The notes beneath the pieces were generated by a model. It was not told the DNA's origin. It saw nothing but the letters and a program-made list of their open reading frames with translations, and searched no databases. Shown here piece after piece: positions 49,501 through 63,540 of a DNA stretch of 64,000 nucleotides. Each line of letters opens with the position of its first letter. The first letter of the stretch is position 1. The DNA lies in NCBI GenBank assembly GCA_046563655.1, contig CM102286.1, forward strand, positions 13,392,001-13,456,000. Reading direction: 5' to 3'. The translations under genes were made by a program, and so were the position numbers. This DNA comes from Yuukianura sp. NJ FZ-2021. Taxonomy: Eukaryota.

Positions 49501-51079
49501 TTTGGAACAGAGGATACAATTCCAGTCATTCAGTAAAGCGGGATTTGGAGATTTTTTTAAACAAAACATCAAACAAATTTTTCTAATTAAAACAAATTAA
49601 ACTGAGAGCCGTTTCACTCTTTTCCGACATTTAGAACCATCCAGGCTTTCAAATTTTTCTACTTTACCTAACTCAGCCTAATTCAATTTGGCCAAGTTGC
49701 CTAGTTCAAACTCAAATTTCAAAAAAATGCAAACCTAGCCTAACTATGGACGCATTTTGCAAATTCAAAAACTTTTTTTTTTTACTTTCAACTGTTAGGT
49801 TCAAAAAAAAGTTTGGCTAGACATAAAAAAGTAGGAAGTAGAAGCTATAACCCTAACCGAAAGCGTTATAGAAAAAAATGTTATTTTTAGGATAAGTTTC
49901 GCATCAATTGTGTTTTTGGTATTTTCATTTAAAAAAAAACTACTAAAAGAAAAGAAGTTAAACTTAAAAGTATTTTTCCAATTTTCAAATTTCGGCGGGC
50001 TAAAAACCATTTGCGAAAGTCTTGGCTAGACAATCGTTAGTCTTTTTAGACTCTTCCATGGTGGATCTTCTGTGGATCGACTTAAATTAGATTTTGAGAA
50101 AGAACGGAGTGCGGGAAAGTTGGAATTGGACAGTGACGACGCCCTCTTAAATTTAAACTCCCTCTCTTACGATTAATTTCATACTGAGACACATTCGACT
50201 TTTACAAACTACTTTCTCCTGATCACGTAACTGAAGATTCTCAATTCAAACTCTCCCGCCAACTACTTTAACTCCCGCGCTCTACTTTTCAAAAGATCAA
50301 GTGACAACAACTGATTTAAGAAACGCCGCTGCAATTTAACATCCCTTCCGTCGCAAACTCGTTTTTTTTTGTTGTGCCCATTAATAAACTTCGTTAGTAT
50401 TTTCAGCAGCAGTAGCCATTACATTTCAAAAAAAATTGTTTTCAAAAAAGCGGGAAAACTCTTTTTTGAAAAAAAAATTCAAAAATTATTCCAGCTCAAG
50501 GTTTGCAGTCTAACGCTTTGTGTTGTTCTAGGAAAATTCCTTTTGAGCTTTCACTTAATCCTTGTCAGATTCAATGACTTTTTGGTTGTTGTAATTTGAG
50601 CAGGAAATTTGCAGAGTGGAAAAGAACGATTCAAGTAATTGCGAGTTTTCAATTTCAAATTTTTCAACTGTCGCGGTTCACTAATTTGCCAATCATGCGG
50701 CTACTCTGCTCCAAATGCATAACAGACGGCAACTGGCGTACTTGCCGCTCCGTTTCCTCAAACTAATTTATTTTCACGAAAGTACAGAATTGTATTAACA
50801 AAACAGAAAGAAGAGAAAGTCAAGGCTGAATTTTAATTTCCCACCAAGCTGCTTAACCACAAGGCGGCAGATTTTGAACAACGGAATTTGCTCAGCAGTT
50901 TACCGCCATCACCCTGCTCTCAAGTCCAGCAAGCCTAACTTACCGGGCACTCCTGGACGGAATTTTTTCACTCGTCTGGGTATGAAGAGAATCGTACAGA
51001 CGGACAACTTCCACCAAAATTCATAACTTGTCAAATCAAAAAAGATCTACAAATTCAAATCAATAAGATGTAATATAAC

Positions 51080-51165
51080 CAGTGTTGGTGGATATCCACT
51101 TTTTCGATATTTCATCCAGTAGATATCCAGCGTCTTTGAGCTTTCGTCCAGTTTATCCGGATAAA
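51080..51165. mobile_element. Fragment of the same MITE family as 45395-45576, opposite orientation
   Basis: cagtgttggtggatatccactttttcgatatttcatccagtagatatcca aligns with the reverse complement of about 45520-45576. Confidence 0.65.
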
Positions 51166-54100
51166 AGTGCTGGAGAGGTGGGATATAATCCAATTGAATC
51201 CTACTACTTCCACAAATTTCGACCAAGATGGAAGAAACGTTTTATGCGTTCATCAAATACTGTATACAACTTCTAACATTTCGGTCCCCTGTCCGTAAAT
51301 TTCCGTCCATTACAGTTCGGCCATGCCTTACTTGGCGTTTAGGGAAAGTGCAGGTTTCGGCAGGAAAACTGAGTAAAATCAGTTTATAAAGATTTTGTCC
51401 GGAAGGTTTCAGGGGCGTGACTGTCCGTCCATAAGCGTCCATTGATTCAGGAGGAATGGAAGACCAGAGCGTTAGAGAAAGTAAACACGGTTAAATGTGA
51501 AAGTGAAACTTAAATTGCTCTTTTGCTTTCTTCTTCCTTGGAAAACTGAGAAGATGAATGAAGTTGCGGCGGCTGCTGTGGACAATGGGATTGGTTTGGC
51601 CTCTTTTGAAAAGAAGGTCATGCATCTTTATCTTCTTAATAATAAACGCCTTTGTACTTTCTCCGTTTCCCTTACCTCACCACTTCTTTTCCAAAATATT
51701 AGCCTTGCCTATTGAATTTTCAAAAAAAAATTGGCGCTTAAGTGAAACTGAAAACAGAAAAGTTTGAAAAGAGAAAGTAGGTTTGAAACACGAGAAAGGA
51801 AAAAAAATGAAAGAAAAATGAAATGGAGAAGATAAGAGAAACGGCAGAAAAAGAAGAATAACCCTTGCAACTTTTGTTCAACATTAGCCTTCTCTTTTTT
51901 CAAATCCTTCCGCTCCACGCGCGCGACTTTTTTGAAAGTCTTTTTCTTCTAATCCATGGATTTCAAATGGAATAGCAATCAGGATCCAGAATATCATTGG
52001 CTGGAGTATTCCGGGATCTCAATTTCCAACTTTCAAATCAGTACTGACTTTCTCTTACGCCTCAACTTTTACGAAATTAGACACGGAGAGAAAGCGTCTG
52101 TCGCTTCGGCTACTTTCACCAAATTTTATTCAAGTCTAGTGAGCACAGGCGCGAAAGAAAAAAAACTCATTGTACGAAAACTTAGAAAAGAAGAAGAAAA
52201 GTGGAGTTTGAGCTAACAGAGAAACAGGCAGAAGAAAATTAGTTTCATTGTGTAAAAACGTATCAAGAAATTTTAGAGTTCCAGTGAAAAGCAAAAGTTG
52301 GGCTGAACAATTGGCGCGAAAAATGTTTCATTTCCGGAAATTCCCGCTCTGTTACTTTTTTTTTTAGAAAAAGTGTGACAGAGCCGGAGATTAGAACTCA
52401 CGACTACACTTTCGAGCTTTTCAGAGCATTTTTTTTAAGTTTTTTTTAGAAAAACTTTCCCGTCCAGGACAACAAAAGGTCCAGCATTTTATGATTCATG
52501 AACCTTATGGTGTTTTGTTCACCATTTTGTAGCGGGAGTTCAACAAACTTAAATTTCAAAACGAGAGAAAGCGCGCCTTTTCAAAATTTTTCTCCCCCCG
52601 GGATTCTAAGGTTCCTTGACAGCGAAAAAATAATTTTCTTTAACAGGTTGGGTACTACCTCGCTTGTTCATAGAAAAGCGAAAAAAACAAATCCGAAAAA
52701 TTCCTACCAAATCATATGTACAATTTAAAAAATTCGGCGGTATTGTTATGACTACGATGCCCGGAAATGAAAAGACACTTTTTTTTGGAAAATCAAAAAA
52801 AAAAACAAAACAAAAGGTATTACCCAACCTATTAAAGAAAATTAAAGTCAACAAACCTTGCCGGGACTTCATTCCTTGGAGCTTTTGAAAGTAAACTCAC
52901 CCTTTTGAATTGTGGCGGCAATTGCTCAAAATTTTTGTAAAAGCGGTTATAAAATTTATAAAAATTTATCATTTCTTTTCTATACAAAATGTTTTTTGTT
53001 GACTCAAAAGATCCTATTTGCTACTGCTGTTGCTTTCTTTTTAGAAAAAACGTGAGGATCGAAAGCCGTTAAGTTTGGCTACAAGAAAAAGGCTTTCTGT
53101 TTTGCCCATTTATGTTGGTCGTGTGCGTAGCTGGACACAAATTTTATTTCTACTTTTTTCTTGACAGTTCAAATGACGTTCATCCTGTTTTTTTTTTGTT
53201 CAATTTCATTCTTCTTCGTTTTTTTAACGCTGAATGTTTCTCGAACAGAGTCAGAGGAGTTTTGGCTCCAGTCCAGCAATTTCCGACGAAGTTAAGCCCA
53301 CTTTCACTTACTTTCACCCAAGGACTTTTACTGGCCCACTTTTTCCCGCTTTTTTTTTTGAAAAAGAACTGAAAAACATGTCTTGAAATAGACCTTGGCA
53401 AAGATAGTACACAAGAATCCTTGGACTTTTTTAAAACTTGGAGCGCCAAGTTTGGAGCCTTTAAAAACGGAACCAACCACGAAGCCCCGTTACTTTCTTA
53501 AACAATTCAAATTTGATTTCAATCTCTTATGCTAGTCTTATAGCTTCCTTGACTTTTGATAAAAGACACTTAACTTTTGTTATAACTTAAAATGGGTTTA
53601 GGAAGAAGCTTAAATGACTTTGAACTTCACTCAAAAGTTGTTTGGAGTCAGGACACGGAAGAATGGCACGTTCTGAACTTTTTTTTTTGAATTTTCCCGG
53701 GCTAAACTTTAGATCATATCCGCAAGGTATTCAACTTTCAAACAAATAGCACGAGAAGATCTGAGAAAAACTAACCGTAACTAAAGCTAAACCACAAATA
53801 TGAACAGAAAAAACAAAATTTCCTGGAAAACTGTCTACTAAAAATTTCAAATTTCCATTCAAACTTTAAACATTGAAAGACTTTTCAAAAAGTTCGACTT
53901 TTTTCCCCTTCTTTTAAAAAATGTAAAGCAAAGTTTAATATAAACTTCGCAACGTTTGCTCATGCAGTGAAAAAAAGAGAAAAATCAAATTCATTTTGAA
54001 AGAAAGTGAGACAGTTTTGACAAAATCAAAAAAACTTTCTAAGCTTTTTTTTGAAACTTTTACTTTGTGGAATTACTTCTAAATTCAGTGAAACTTTTAC

Positions 54101-54328
54101 TTTAAAAAGCACGTTTTAAACCAAATACCGTGGGCTAAAGTCAGTAAAAACTGAGAGAGGGCCCTTAAGTCTCCTCCTGCTCTATTTTGTCTTACGGTTT
54201 TTCAGGAATTAAATCTTGTAAGATCTTCGTTCTCCTTGGTGGCTCTATTTTTATAACTTTTTCTTACTGAGACCTTAAAACCTGTCCTTAAACCTTTGTC
54301 ACTAGTGAAAGCTGCATAACCGAGGTCT

Positions 54329-54691
54329 GGCCCCATGCCATTGTTCCGAATCAATTGCTTCGAAGGACATTGCTCCGAAAAGTAAATTCGTCCAAAAGTC
54401 GGATTGCTCCGAAAATAGTAGTCTTGTGAAATATAACTCAACCAAGTGTATGTAATCTCATGATTGTTAACCTAACCCAAGGTTGGTAAACAAGCAGATT
54501 GTTGATTTCTACAACAGGTTATTCAATAACTCGACGTTTTTCAATTTTGTTAAATAATTTGCAAAACTTGGACGATAATGCCAGTTTGTTTAATTTGTGA
54601 GCAAAGTGTCTTTTGGAGCAATCCACTTTTCGGCAATTCATTCGGAGGAATTGATTTCGGAGCATTTTATTCGGAGCAATGGCGTGCTACC
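54329..54691. mobile_element. Fold-back element whose arms consist of ~14-15-bp attgctccgaa-type subrepeats
   Basis: Left arm gccattgttccgaatcaattgcttcgaa... is the inverse of the right arm ...ttcggagcattttattcggagcaatggcgtgctacc. A related degenerate right arm (ttcgaaacaattgcgtgctacc) ends near 45315. Confidence 0.65.
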
Positions 54692-56486
54692 CAGGGGGCT
54701 ACTGCAGAGGACTCTGGAAATAATTCTTAGAAAAGACTTTCTCTTCTTTTTACAGAGATTACTCCTCCATTCAAATGGCCTATTACTATTCAAATGTCTT
54801 TTTTATTTTTAGGATTCAGGCAGAAATTTACTTTCACTAAAAAGTTATTTGTAACCTTTGACTTCTTCTGACTGTCTCCAATTCATTACTTTTTCCTCTT
54901 TTTAATTCCACTGATGGCCATATTTTTTCAGTTTCAAAATTACAACGAGAGATCAAATGTTGAATCTCAATTTCTACTTTTTTGAAAAAAAAGTGGAGAA
55001 ATTTAAAATTTGATCACAAAAATGGGAAGGTTTTGAGTCTTATCAGATTCATGGTTAGATTATTCCTGAAGTAGCTCCTGGTTATGCTGGGATTACGTTA
55101 GGTAGAAAGCCAGTTTTCTGATTTTGAGTAAAATGGCCATTTTACATGTTCAAATGCAGGTTCGAGATTAACCACTTCAGAAGAAGACGTGTCCAGAATC
55201 TGGAATAGACGCAGGAGCGCGTGGAATTTAATTTCAAACCTTACCATTTCAGGAACTAGTCCACAAATCACTGCTAAATGGGCTTCTAACACTTTAGATT
55301 TTCCTGGAACAGTGAAAGTTTAAACAGAAGTGAGAGGTCAAATCGCTCAAAATCTCTTAGCAGCACAATCCAGTTGACCTCGCAGATTTATCCAGTAAGA
55401 CAAATAATACTTCACAAGCCAAAAGGAAAGTACCGAAAACTTTTAACTCCGTTTTCAAATTTTAAAATTGTTTTCTGAAATACGCTACTAAACTTGTCGT
55501 CAAAAAAGTTCGAAACTTGGAAAAAAGCGTCACACCACAATTTGAGGTTTGGCACAAGAAAAAACGGTGCCGAAACAAACTCAGCACAGCACAAACTTTT
55601 AGTCAAAAGTTAACGTAGAAAGTTCACGGAAGTTTGTTGTTTTGAAAAAGTTTCCTCCTTTTTTCTAAAAATATCTTAAAGTGAAATGAATTAAGTCCTA
55701 ATTATGGAAATGTTAATTTGAATTGATGAATCAAATTATTAAGGAAAGTAGGATAAGACGGAGATGGTGTCTCCTTCGGTGAAATACTTGGAATGAAGAT
55801 GCTGGAAGCGTCCTGCTTCCATTCTGGATCTCCAATAGGAGAAAGTGATCTTCCTCCAGAATCCGTAGTGTAGACTGCTGCAAAGCAAATGACGTCTTTT
55901 GCTATAGACATGATCGTGCAGAAAGTTCTGTCCGCAGCTTTCACTTGGGAGAAAGCGGCCTCAGTTAGGGTTTGGAAGCGCCATCTTGCGGAGGGTGAAA
56001 ACTTAAGTCAAAGGAAATAACTAACTTGAGTTGAATCTTTAGTTGTGTCAAGTAATTAGAGTAATTAAAAATTATCATTACATTAACGTTACAAAATGAT
56101 AAAAAGCAAAACTATAATTTGTGGGACAATAACAAAAATGTTGTTATTGCTCTCAAATTTGCATTCTCGAGAACAGGGTGTGAGAAACTTCATACATTTT
56201 TTTTTAAATTCAAATAAAAATGCGGGAACCTTATATTTCAATTTTTGCGTAATTTTTTTTAAATTCCAATTTTGAAGTTGAATTGGTTTTAATTAGAAAC
56301 TCTGCCTGCTTGACAAAATTAACTACTAATTAATTTAGCTAATTACTAATTAAGTGCTTGAACCTGATTTGTAGATTATATTAGCGAGAAGTTAGCCGAC
56401 GGTATTCCTTGGAAGAAGTGGTTTCATTTCCGGCTGCGCAGAATTATCAGTTCAAGAGTTCATCAGTCGACACTCGACATTAATTA

Positions 56487-57770
56487 ATGTCGTTCATTTA
56501 CTCACCAATGACGATCATACAAACTGGGTGTAAACTATTTCAATCGAAGCCTTTGCATCAATGTAAGTATCTTTCGTTGATTTGGATTTAATACAAGAGT
56601 TAGTATGGACTGTGAAAGAAAAATATTAGTTTCGTTTGTAATTCCTCTCTCTTTGTGATTAGATATACCGTTTCGGAATGCCGGGCACGCTAAATGGCAG
56701 AATATTATGCATACCAAGATGGCCAATGATGCCAAGAAGAATGCCATCCGAACTAGGATAGCGCGACAGATGAAATCAGCAATCCGAGGTTCGTTTTTTG
56801 CTAATGTTTCAATAATTTTCTTTCATTTTCTTCATCATCATCCGTAAAATAAACTGGTGGACATCATTGTTTTGTTTGTAATCAACAGAAGGAGGCAGTG
56901 CAGATCCTTTAATTAACAGACAACTGGCTGGTATAATTGAAATCGCAAAGTAAACGTTTCAAACATCTACAATAATTGTATAGGAGACTATTTTAACAAT
57001 CATATTTCTGCAAACCAGGAATAATCAAGTGCCTGCAGAGAACATTCAACGGATACTGGCTGACAGCAAGGTGGGGTGCTTAAATTAATCGCTGTTATAT
57101 TTTAATTTATTGTTGTTATTAATCAGTAGGATGCTGCCAAAAACCTCAAGCTGATTCCATATGCTGTAAAGGGACCAGGACAGTGTGTCATAATAATCGA
57201 CACGGAGACTGACAATACGAACAGGATGAGACAAGAAATTTCAACTATCGGCAAGAAACTGCAGTAAGTAACTATTAATCAATTAATATTAATCTAACCA
57301 CTGGGTCAACTGTATTTTGACTACGCCCGAAGGATTCCAAAGTACGTTTGCAAAACGTTTTCCTTGTGATTAGGTGTTCAGTAGTGGATATTGCTGGAGT
57401 GCTGTATCTATTCAATCATTTTGGCATCATTTTGTGTTCAGAATACAATGGAGTTCCAGTTACAGCATCACATTTAGATAAAGCAGTTGGTGATGCCATT
57501 GAAGCGGGTGCTATAGATGTAAATCTACGTGAAGCAGACGAAGAGTATGGCACAGTTCTTGAATTTTCCACTGATCCTACTCCTAACACTTTCTATCCAG
57601 TAATCAACGCTTTGAAAGACTTAAAGTACAAGGTGACCTACAGTGAATTAGAGTACATAGCACACAATCGTTTGGAGCTCACTGAGGCGCAGATAGAACT
57701 TGTAAGTACTTTTTGTGAGAAGGTGAGTAGTCACCAGGGAGTACTGCGACTATTTGACAATATAGCGTAG
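56487..57770 (+). CDS. TACO1: Translational activator of cytochrome c oxidase 1 / YebC-PmpR family protein (mitochondrial)
   Basis: Spliced N-terminus MSFIYSPMT...FRNAGHAKWQNIMHTK.ANDAKK matches the YebC AGHSKW.NI motif. Also EGGSADP..N..L, GPGQCVIIIDTETDNTNR, AIEAGAIDV and C-terminal VLRLFDNI. Confidence 0.9.
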
Positions 57771-58179
57771 TACTAATTGGCTTCAGGTTTGGTAATAAAA
57801 ATTTTAATAATATAAATCGACAATTCTAAGTAGGGGAGACGTCTTACTCTAAAAATTTTGCTAGGTAAAAACAATAATTAAAAGATTTGTAATACTATTG
57901 TGGATAATTTCCTCCTGTTTGACAAGTTTAGTTGTATCATTCACATAATATAGTTGTGTAGCAGCATCCAGAATACTTGCTATTCGATTTCCGATTTGGT
58001 GTGAGTGAAATTGTGCTGTTTCGATACTAATTTTTAAAATTATCTCCTGGAAGTACTGGAAAGCATACCAGATACTAGCTAAATTCAGTTTTTAAACATG
58101 CAAATAAAATTATGACTGAAAATTATAAAGCTAAAAACTAAAAAGCAAACTTGTAAGATAGACTTAGGAAATCATGGAT

Positions 58180-60766
58180 TCAGAGCATAACGTTGTTGGA
58201 TGAAGAAGAAGAAGAAGGGAGGGCATGCGTAGTGTTCGAAGCATAGTTGGTAACTCGTTGAACTTGAGTTGGATGGGGCAACATCACTGGAAAGTCTCCG
58301 TCAGTCCATAGAATTAAGTTGTGTTCCGGAAGTTGTGTAGCAGTGAAATGATCTTTGAGGAGAATTTGCGAATAGTTGCAATGGGTCACGTAGGCTTCAT
58401 TTTCCCTCGCAGGATCGCAGGTTTGCCGGTACAGATCTAAAGTCAAAGAGTCAGATTAGTGTTTACTTAAATTCTTTTAAACTCTAAAGTTTTTTTGAAT
58501 TTACCTCTTAAAACTGTTGACGCCCATAGTTGTACATGAACATCCGGAATTTTTGAAGCGAGTTGCATAGCCGGAGTGACCATGTTCATACTTTCTCGAC
58601 TGTTACCGAGCGCCAGAAAGATATGTCCAAGGAGAACGAGGGAACAAGATGTCAAGCGGTTCAGATCCTCGGCGTTGGCCATTTTCAAGCTTTCCCGCAA
58701 GTAGCGCCTAGAATATTGAATCATCTTTGTAGTTTTAACTCTGGACGCAGTGAGTAGTAAACAGTTGGAACTTACTTTGCATCGTTGAATCTCGTTTGGA
58801 AGAAGGACTGCAAGCCCTGAACGTAGTAAGCCGCTGCTCTTAGACTGTGACAAGTTGACGGAAGTGTATCCGGGTTTATCCGGTCGAGTAACCCCTGGAA
58901 CTCGTTTTCCCGCTTTGTGCGAAGGTAGACAATTGCCAAGTTCAAATGCACGAATGTCCAAAGATCTCGTTCTTGTGAAGCCTAGAACGACAATAGACAG
59001 CTGATTTAACTAAAATTTCATCATCGTCATCGATAAGTTGTAAACTTTTTTCATGTTTTCGAACCTGCAACGCTGCGGAGAATTGAATTTCAGCTGCTTC
59101 CATGCAATTCATTGACATGGCATAAAGTCCGAGCAGAGTGTGAATAGGGGCTTTGTGAGAAATGAGAAGTCGAGGATGCTGCTCACACAAAGCACATGCT
59201 TGTGAAATTTCCTGGAATCCAAAACAAGTTTAATGTTGAGTTCGGTTAGTTAGGTCTAGCAAAGTGTAGCTTACTGATTATCGCTTACTTGAAGCGCCAT
59301 TGTCTTATTTCCCATGACCAAACGACACATTATGATCTGTTCGAGTAGAAGTAACTGGAATGTGCTTAGGATTGGCTGCTGTTCATAAACTGCAAAATTA
59401 AGAAATGTTTGAGGAATGAGCATGCGTTTAACAGTTTAGTTTCAGCATATGCAAGTTACCTGATGTTTTGTTTCGTAATTTTTCGATCTGAATTAGTGCC
59501 TTGTCGGTGTACTTTTGGGCTTTGTCCAAGTACCCGCCTTGCATTGAATGCATGGCAGTAATCAAGTAAACCAAAACGCACAAATGTTCCTTCGGCATCC
59601 ACATGAACATGTCCCCAATATTTTCAGTTGTAAGTTCTGCAACATACACCATTACCATTGTGTTACTAGCTTTCCATTACGTCATTTATCTTAAAGTTCG
59701 ATTGACTTACCTTCATCTGATGGCCAGGTTGGTTGAGTTATTGTTTGAATACTCTGTTGAAGCTGCTTTAAACTCGGCTTGACACTTTTAATTTGGCCAG
59801 CCATTAAGTAGTGACAGACCTGAAACAGATTTGGTGCTAAGTCTTCAGTTCAGGATTTTTGCTCGGTATTGTCTTACCTGTAAAACAAGGAAGAATACTT
59901 TGAGGTATTCCTTTTGATGTGGATTTCCTTGCCAGGCTTCTACCAACAAACTGGCTTGCTGAAACAGCGGATGAACTTCTTGAAAACGCTTGGCTATCAA
60001 AAGCAACTAAACGAAACAAAAGTTAGTTAAAAAGTTGGGCTTGACTTCAGCGTCGTTAAATTTTAATAGTTACCATTGCTTTGCTGAGTAGAAACAATAC
60101 CCGGGTGTAATTGGCTGAAGCATATTCTGCATATTCAACTCCGAATCCCAGCAAACTACATGCTGATGTGTAGTCTTTCTCGGAAGCATGGATTTGCTGG
60201 AAGAAATAGGAATAAAGCAGGTCAAATTACAAGAACTTGAATTCTAGAAAATTACACTGAAATAGGCTCACTGATAACTGGAAAATTAGTCGACAGTGCC
60301 AATACACGTTGGCATTAGAGAGCTCGACCGCTTTTCTTAGAATTGGCTTCGACAAATTTGACTGATTGAGTTGTCCATACACTACAGCAAGCTGACTCGC
60401 TGCTTCAAACTTCACCTCGTCGAAATTCGCAATAGATTGTGAAAGTGTCCACTGAAAATCAAAAAAAAGAGTCCAGTAATTAGTGAACCAAAATTTTAAA
60501 TCAAACGGTTTTAGTGTCTGTTAACTTACGGCTTGTTCTAAATGGTTGCGTGCCAAATCAGTGTTCTTTGTATAAGTAAATAGGATGTTCCCCAGTTGAA
60601 GATGAGTTCTTGCTTCTACCCGAGGTGGAGGTGTAAAACTGAAAACAGCTTGGAGACATTGGATACACTGCTTAATATTTGGGGGTTCCGTGGTTCGGAA
60701 GTATTCAGCGATACCCAGCAATGAGAGATACCAAGCATCTTGATTTGAAGCCGAGGCCAAGGCCAT
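58180..60766 (-). CDS. MAU2: MAU2 chromatid cohesion factor (Scc4, cohesin loader subunit), multi-exon
   Basis: [27 protein letters not shown]...[93 protein letters not shown]. Confidence 0.96.
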
Positions 60767-63322
60767 CTTGTAAGTGATTAATCAGGAATTGCCGTAATCG
60801 ATGCAAACTCCTTGTCCTTTGTCCGTTCTTTGTTTGCTTTTAGTTGTTTTTAAAGTTAACGATTAATTGCAATCAAAACAGAAATCATATGATGCTACTG
60901 AATTAGAAAAAATCAATTTGAATATTTTTGTTGTTGGAAATTTTTGCGGATGAGACACTTCATACCCGGCACCTACTTCAATGTCGGGCATGCAAAATGC
61001 TTTAGTTTATTATTTGATACAACGAGAAGCTTGGCAGTACCGGAGTTGTATATTGGTAATGATAAATATAACAACAAATTATTACAATAGTTAGCAGTAC
61101 ACAAGAATACTCAATTAGTGTAAATCGCTAATATACGTTGTTATTTTGAATGATTTAATTGTCCATTCTTGAAATTACCTAATGGTGTGCAGAACTTTTA
61201 GTGAAGCCATCCGACTTCAAATTTTAAATATTTCGCGCCATTTGCCACGAAGTGAGACGGACTGAAAAGTTGTTTGGACAGTAGTAGCTAAATTATTCTC
61301 ATTCAGTGAGACTTCTTAATTACTAAACAATTTACTAGAGTAATCCTCGATAATCGAAATTATAACTCGTGATTAACTGTAGGTATAAAATCTAAATCTT
61401 TGTACAACAATTTGAATTTCATGTGGCAAGGATCAATTGCTTTTTAATTAAATGTAGTTCATCGTTATTGGCACAACCAAGTCTTTGTCTCATATTTCTC
61501 TGCCACACGTTAAAGGCGGGTTAAATTTTTAAATTTTCAATCGGCGGTCTTCAACCACGTTCTTCTTTCTTTGTCCTGCGGCATTACACTTTTCAGCAAA
61601 ATTTAAAGGTCACGAAACGACCAGTTAACGTATCCAGTGAATCTGGCATAGATTAGTCCAGTTCGGGGTAGAGCGTCAATACTTCCGGGTCAGGTAACTG
61701 CTGTGTCCGTTATTTCGTTGTTTACTATGCATTTTTTGGGTATGTACTTTTGCTTTAATATTTATATTGTACGTGTAATAATCCGACATTCTTTCCGAAC
61801 CATGCTAAACGACCACCTATCGTATTTAATTGGTTTTCAATTGGCTACCTTTGGGTTTAAGCGTTCTTAGTTTAGTTACGAATATTCATCGTTTGATAGG
61901 CAGCGATTCAGTAATGGAAAGCGAAAATATAAGTCATTCACTCTAGAGTTGTTTGATACGTAATACAATGCTAATACAACTTTTAATTTCTAGGCTTGGC
62001 ACTTGGCAGATCACAGAAGCCTCACTTTGATGTTGCAGCTGCATACTCTACGAAATGTATCTTTTGCATTACATCGGGATCAACATTTTGACGAACACGA
62101 AATGATCTGTTCCTGCACCGAGCAACAAGATGAACCTAGCCCAGTAGTGATTTGAAGTGGAGTGATTAGGCAGCCGAGCCAAATGCAGTGGAGAGACCTA
62201 GAGGGAAGATGATAATTATTCCATTTGGATCCGAAGGAAGATTGAAGATAGGCTTCTAGTCTTCTATATCCATCTCGCCTCTCCTTGTTGTGCTCTTCTG
62301 CCTCTGCCATTTATCCCATTATTCTCTAAAATAAGTGGAATCCATTCCATTGGGATTTGGAAGGAGATCGGAAGAACACAAGAGGCAAAAGGGGAACGGA
62401 ACCAACACACATTACACCATCATGTTCATTCTACACGGCAAGACGCCAGCCACACCATACCCCATCTACTACTCGCCATATTGACTCAATTTTACTAGCC
62501 AACAAACAAATCTTCTTGGGAGCCATTGACCCACCGACGAGATATCAACCTCACATGTCACGCCCGTAAACAAACAAGCGCCTACAGGTCAAGGACACGT
62601 TGGATCAGGTCAGTTACCTTTTCACTTTACTTTCTCTCAATGTCGCCTGCGTATGAATTAAATTACTTAACGCATCGGCACCCACCACACCACCAACACC
62701 GGCGGGGGTGATCCGTTAACTTTCAATTACAAACTGCCCTTACAAATTAATTGTTAATTTGTATTCGTCCTATTGGTGTTGTGCTGTAGGTAAGCCGGTT
62801 GACCGTTAGAAAATTAATTGTTATACACTTGGGAAACGTTAAAGTTATCCGATAACCGATGAATTACGGACAAATTACATGCAATGATGGGAGTAATCAT
62901 ATCATCAAGGTACAAAGTATCAAGTAGTAGTTAGGTGTTGGCATAGTGTATCGTTGTTAAGCTAATAAAGGTGTATAAAAAGTTCACAAAATCCATTTAT
63001 CACAACGAACACAATGCACGATAAACTTAAAACTTAAGTTGACGAGTGGTTCCGCTTCAACTCAGTCCGCGTAGGCGTAGTTTACTAAAAGCACCAATAC
63101 GATTGGCCCATGATACAAAGCAGTAATTCCAAAAATACGATTTTTAGATAAGTCAATCCGCATTTTCTACAAACAGTAAACGAGTTTCCATAAATAGGGA
63201 AGACGTACAAAAAATAAACATTTCGCTTTAGTAGCTAAGTTTAGGTCGTAAAGAAACGCTGCGTTGCGGTTATCAATGCCGAGGTCACATCCGACCGAAA
63301 CACTTTCTGAAGCCAATCATAA

Positions 63323-63540
63323 TCAAATCGTTGTACAATTAACGATCAATCTAAACAATTTAACAAAAGATAGATTTGTCTGAATCATGATCATTGGGTA
63401 TGAAAGTTGTGGTGTCAAGTCAATTGTGTCACCTCCATCTTCGTCATCAGATTCGGATCGGGTGTACTTCGAGAAGAGGGGGGTTGGGTCCATTTGCAGA
63501 AAGTTTTTGGGTGGTGGTTGTTCTGTTGGTGTCATTTTGT
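63323..63540 (-). CDS. Possible terminal exon of a minus-strand gene (acidic, Pro-rich peptide ...QMDPTPLFSKYTRSESDDEDGGDTIDLTPQ...)
   Basis: Good acceptor tttcttttcattAG at 63541-63543 and GC-richer, coding-like composition. The reading frame and upstream exons are unresolved. Confidence 0.3.

Noticed and set aside
46900..55600. Numerous 60-100-aa ORFs upstream of the receptor's first coding exon
   Set aside because: Phe/Lys/Leu-rich translations of poly-A/T tracts with mostly non-ATG starts; chance ORFs.
62357..62569. GAIDPPTRY resembling the tarsal-less/mille-pattes LDPTGxY peptide motif
   Set aside because: Poor match, single occurrence, and the ORF lacks an ATG start upstream of the motif.
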